IMG/VR virus record: IMGVR_UViG_3300049928_000003 | Location: 1 to 28,128 of that record | Reading direction: 5' to 3' (one strand) | Length of the DNA stretch: 28,128 nucleotides | DNA from: a virus | Lineage: Duplodnaviria > Caudoviricetes | Shown: piece by piece, positions 26,421 to 28,128 of the stretch | Numbering within the stretch: the stretch's first letter is position 1 | How the letters are laid out: every line of letters begins with the position of its first letter | Made by a program: the position numbers and the translations under genes | Notes under the pieces: model-generated | Told to the model about the DNA's origin: nothing | Databases searched by the model: none | The model's input: the letters and a program-made list of their open reading frames with translations, nothing else

Positions 26421-26592
26421 ATTTGCTCCATTCACCGATCAGGAACTTATTGAACTCGAAGACCAGCGATACTACACCGGCCCCGCATCTGGAATCTTAG
26501 ATGAACTTAGCGCAGAGATTGATAAGCGAACTGAGGAACGGCGGCAGGCGACAGCAGCAGCCAAGAAGGATGAGGGAAATGCCTCGGGCTAA
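26413..26592 (+). CDS. Small helical protein (59 aa), not in the ORF track
   Basis: ATG 26413; MSRFAPFTDQELIELEDQRYYTGPASGILDELSAEIDKRTEERRQATAAAKKDEGNASG. Confidence 0.7.
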   Translation: MSRFAPFTDQELIELEDQRYYTGPASGILDELSAEIDKRTEERRQATAAAKKDEGNASG

Positions 26593-26767
26593 GAAGAAGA
26601 AAGTTGATAGTTTCACTGATACAGAACTCTACGTCATGGCTGAACTTATCAGCACTTATGCAGGAAATTTAACGGAGTTACTCTATGCGATTGATGAAGA
26701 GATTGCGAAGCGCGAAGGAGTCGAAGCAGTCCCCCTCCAGGTCGAGGGAGAACTACCCCCGTCTTGA
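26579..26767 (+). CDS. Small helical protein (62 aa)
   Basis: ATG 26579 after GAGG (track start 26501 probably too long); MPRAKKKKVDSFTDTEL...EEIAKREG. Confidence 0.7.
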   Translation: MPRAKKKKVDSFTDTELYVMAELISTYAGNLTELLYAIDEEIAKREGVEAVPLQVEGELPPS

Positions 26768-26778
26768 ATGGTACCGTA

Positions 26779-26798
26779 CTCCCTACTTGGGTAGGGAG
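26779..26798 (+). promoter_or_regulatory. Perfect 8-bp hairpin containing a strong SD-like sequence
   Basis: CTCCCTAC-TTGG-GTAGGGAG; no U tract; GGGAGG precedes the minigene ATG CTG ATC TAG (26809-26820). Confidence 0.5.
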
Positions 26799-26848
26799 GG
26801 GCAGAAGAATGCTGATCTAGACCTAGAAATCGAAAGGCGGAAGGAAGC

Positions 26849-27646
26849 ATCAACCTCCAAAACATCCCTCGCTCTGACAAGACAATTAAGGCAGGTTTCG
26901 AACCCAAACTCGATCAGTTCGTTTTTGCTGATTACAAGGCAGTCGAATACAGATTACTCGCGTATTACCTCTTTCAGATCGGTTTCCCCGCGATGGCTGA
27001 GGATTTTCGGGCTGGACTTGATCCGCATCGACAAACCGCGATCCGTCTACTCGGCGAACGCGATACTCCCTCTGACGAAGAACGGCAGTTCGGTAAAACT
27101 TTTAACTTCGCTTCCATTTACGGGGCCGGAGCAAATAAAATTAAGACCATGCTGGCCGACGAGGGGCTATCGTTACCTGAAGGAAAGACTGCTAAGCAAC
27201 TTCATACTGAGTTCTATGCGCTCAATCCGGGGATACGAGCTTTATCGAATCCACGACCAAGATGGAATGACAACTCCTGGGTACCTGGGCATATCGAAAA
27301 GATACTCGAATCGCGTGGTTATATCCGAACGCTATGGGGTAGGGAATTACACCCTGAATACGCGTACCGGGCACTCAATTCGCTTGTTCAAGGTTGCGCG
27401 GCAGACCTTATGCGGGCGGGTATGGTCAAAGTTCACGACTGGATTACGGAAGCTAAGCTAGAATCGCACCTAGTAATGACCGTACACGATGAGTTGATCT
27501 TCGATGTTGTCGATGAGGAATTTGACCTACTCGTAGGCATGGTTCCTAAGTTGATGACCGATGCTCGACTCGAAGAGATACTACCTATTGAGGTAGAACT
27601 GGAAACTAGCCGCACTACCTGGGCAGAAAAGGAACCCTATGGGTAA
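26849..27646 (+). CDS. polA: DNA polymerase family A, C-terminal catalytic half (about 265 aa; probable ATC start)
   Basis: Frame open from 26816: (I)NLQNIPRSD, motif A FADYKAVEYRLLA (Asp at 26930), motif B RQFGKTFNFASIYG, ALNSLVQGCAAD, motif C TVHDEL. The first ATG (26993) is downstream of motif A. Product secure, start inferred. Confidence 0.9.
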   Translation: MNLQNIPRSDKTIKAGFEPKLDQFVFADYKAVEYRLLAYYLFQIGFPAMAEDFRAGLDPHRQTAIRLLGERDTPSDEERQFGKTFNFASIYGAGANKIKTMLADEGLSLPEGKTAKQLHTEFYALNPGIRALSNPRPRWNDNSWVPGHIEKILESRGYIRTLWGRELHPEYAYRALNSLVQGCAADLMRAGMVKVHDWITEAKLESHLVMTVHDELIFDVVDEEFDLLVGMVPKLMTDARLEEILPIEVELETSRTTWAEKEPYG

Positions 27647-27854
27647 GCGACAAATGGGTTTCGTCAACTTCCGTCAGAACTTTTTGTTCCCGGATGACGA
27701 GACATATGAAGAATTTGCTACTGCGTTGATGCGCAGGTTCAATGAGGATGCTATGTTCTTAGAGCAGGCTTACTCTGATCGTGGTATCGAGATTCTCCAG
27801 CACAGTGAGTTCGAACTTCACTTCGATGGCGAAGACGATGACGAAGAAGCCTAA
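27639..27854 (+). CDS. Acidic hypothetical protein (71 aa)
   Basis: AAGGA SD; overlaps both neighbours. Confidence 0.7.
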   Translation: MGKRQMGFVNFRQNFLFPDDETYEEFATALMRRFNEDAMFLEQAYSDRGIEILQHSEFELHFDGEDDDEEA

Positions 27855-28128
27855 CATTGTTATTGACTTGGACGGTACAATCCTAGAAGACTCTTGGCCG
27901 AAGCTAGGAGACTGGATGCCCGGAGCCAAGGAGGCTCTACGTGAACTTACCGAAGTATCAAAAGTACTCGTTTACACATGCAGGATCGCTCCTGTCACCC
28001 CCATGGGTATGCAACGTGACCCTGCGCACGTCCAAGCGGAGATTAACTCTATCCGTGAAAAACTCGATGACGCCCAACTCTACACCGTCGAAGTATGGAC
28101 GAAACCATACAAGCCATACGGTGTCGCG
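27838..28128 (+). CDS. HAD-superfamily phosphatase/nucleotidase, truncated by the window end
   Basis: MTKKPNIVIDLDGTI (motif I DxDGT), MPGAKEALREL, LVYTCR (motif II); open to the end of the window. Confidence 0.85.
   Translation, partial: MTKKPNIVIDLDGTILEDSWPKLGDWMPGAKEALRELTEVSKVLVYTCRIAPVTPMGMQRDPAHVQAEINSIREKLDDAQLYTVEVWTKPYKPYGVA

Larger units (their letters stand above)
1..28128 (+). mobile_element. Tailed bacteriophage genome segment (podovirus-like morphogenesis, lysis and replication modules)
   Basis: Co-oriented, tightly packed TerL, portal, scaffold, capsid, tail, lysin, EndoVII, Rad52-like and PolA genes with many TAATG/TAGTG overlaps; no host housekeeping genes, integrase or repressor in the window. 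Confidence 0.97.

Noticed and set aside
25966-26848. Group I intron or split intein explaining the polA break
   Set aside because: The gap is filled by SD-bearing coupled ORFs leaving about 80 non-coding nt; no recognisable P7 or J8/7 elements, no terminal G directly before NLQN, and no intein N- or C-terminal motifs on either half. A covariance-model scan would be the formal test.
26685-27461. 258-aa alternative-frame ORF overlapping the catalytic pol half
   Set aside because: Arg/Ser/Leu-rich shadow frame with no motifs or SD; no canonical slippery heptamer in 26816-26852 to shift it into the pol frame.
1520-27615. Numerous minus-strand and off-frame ORFs in the track
   Set aside because: All lie antisense or out of frame to well-supported + strand genes and have no recognisable domains.
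1-28128. CRISPR array, DGR or long direct repeats
   Set aside because: No regularly spaced repeats, reverse transcriptase or template/variable repeat pair noticed on manual reading; a self dot-plot would confirm.

Overview
The whole window is a contiguous piece of a tailed dsDNA phage genome, with every supported gene on the + strand. The virion looks podovirus-like: P22-like portal, tail adaptor and nozzle, several large internal/ejection proteins, and no tape measure, tube or sheath. Gene order: AT-rich promoter region, small Zn-finger gene, structured non-coding region with tRNA-Pro(UGG) and tRNA-Leu(UAG), small genes, terminase large subunit, cluster of small low-complexity genes, portal, HTH terminase small subunit, scaffold, major capsid, pseudoknot plus tRNA-Gln(CUG), tail and internal proteins, virion muralytic enzyme, membrane/holin genes, NlpC/P60 endolysin and an intrinsic terminator. 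A replication/recombination block follows: endonuclease VII, PD-(D/E)XK nuclease, Rad52/Sak, family A DNA polymerase and a HAD phosphatase. Most notable: (1) the PolA is split into two genes between the TGRxxS and NLQNIP motifs, with four small genes in the 883-nt gap, no intein or intron signature, and a catalytic half lacking any ATG/GTG/TTG before motif A (best start ATC); (2) the terminase Walker A also lies upstream of the first canonical start (best start ATT); (3) an H-type pseudoknot and a tRNA sit directly behind the capsid stop, and the capsid frame stays open through the tRNA into the next gene; (4) all three tRNAs are followed by CTA where CCA would be; (5) multibranch RNA structures flank tRNA-Pro. 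All calls come from reading motifs by eye; no database searches were run.
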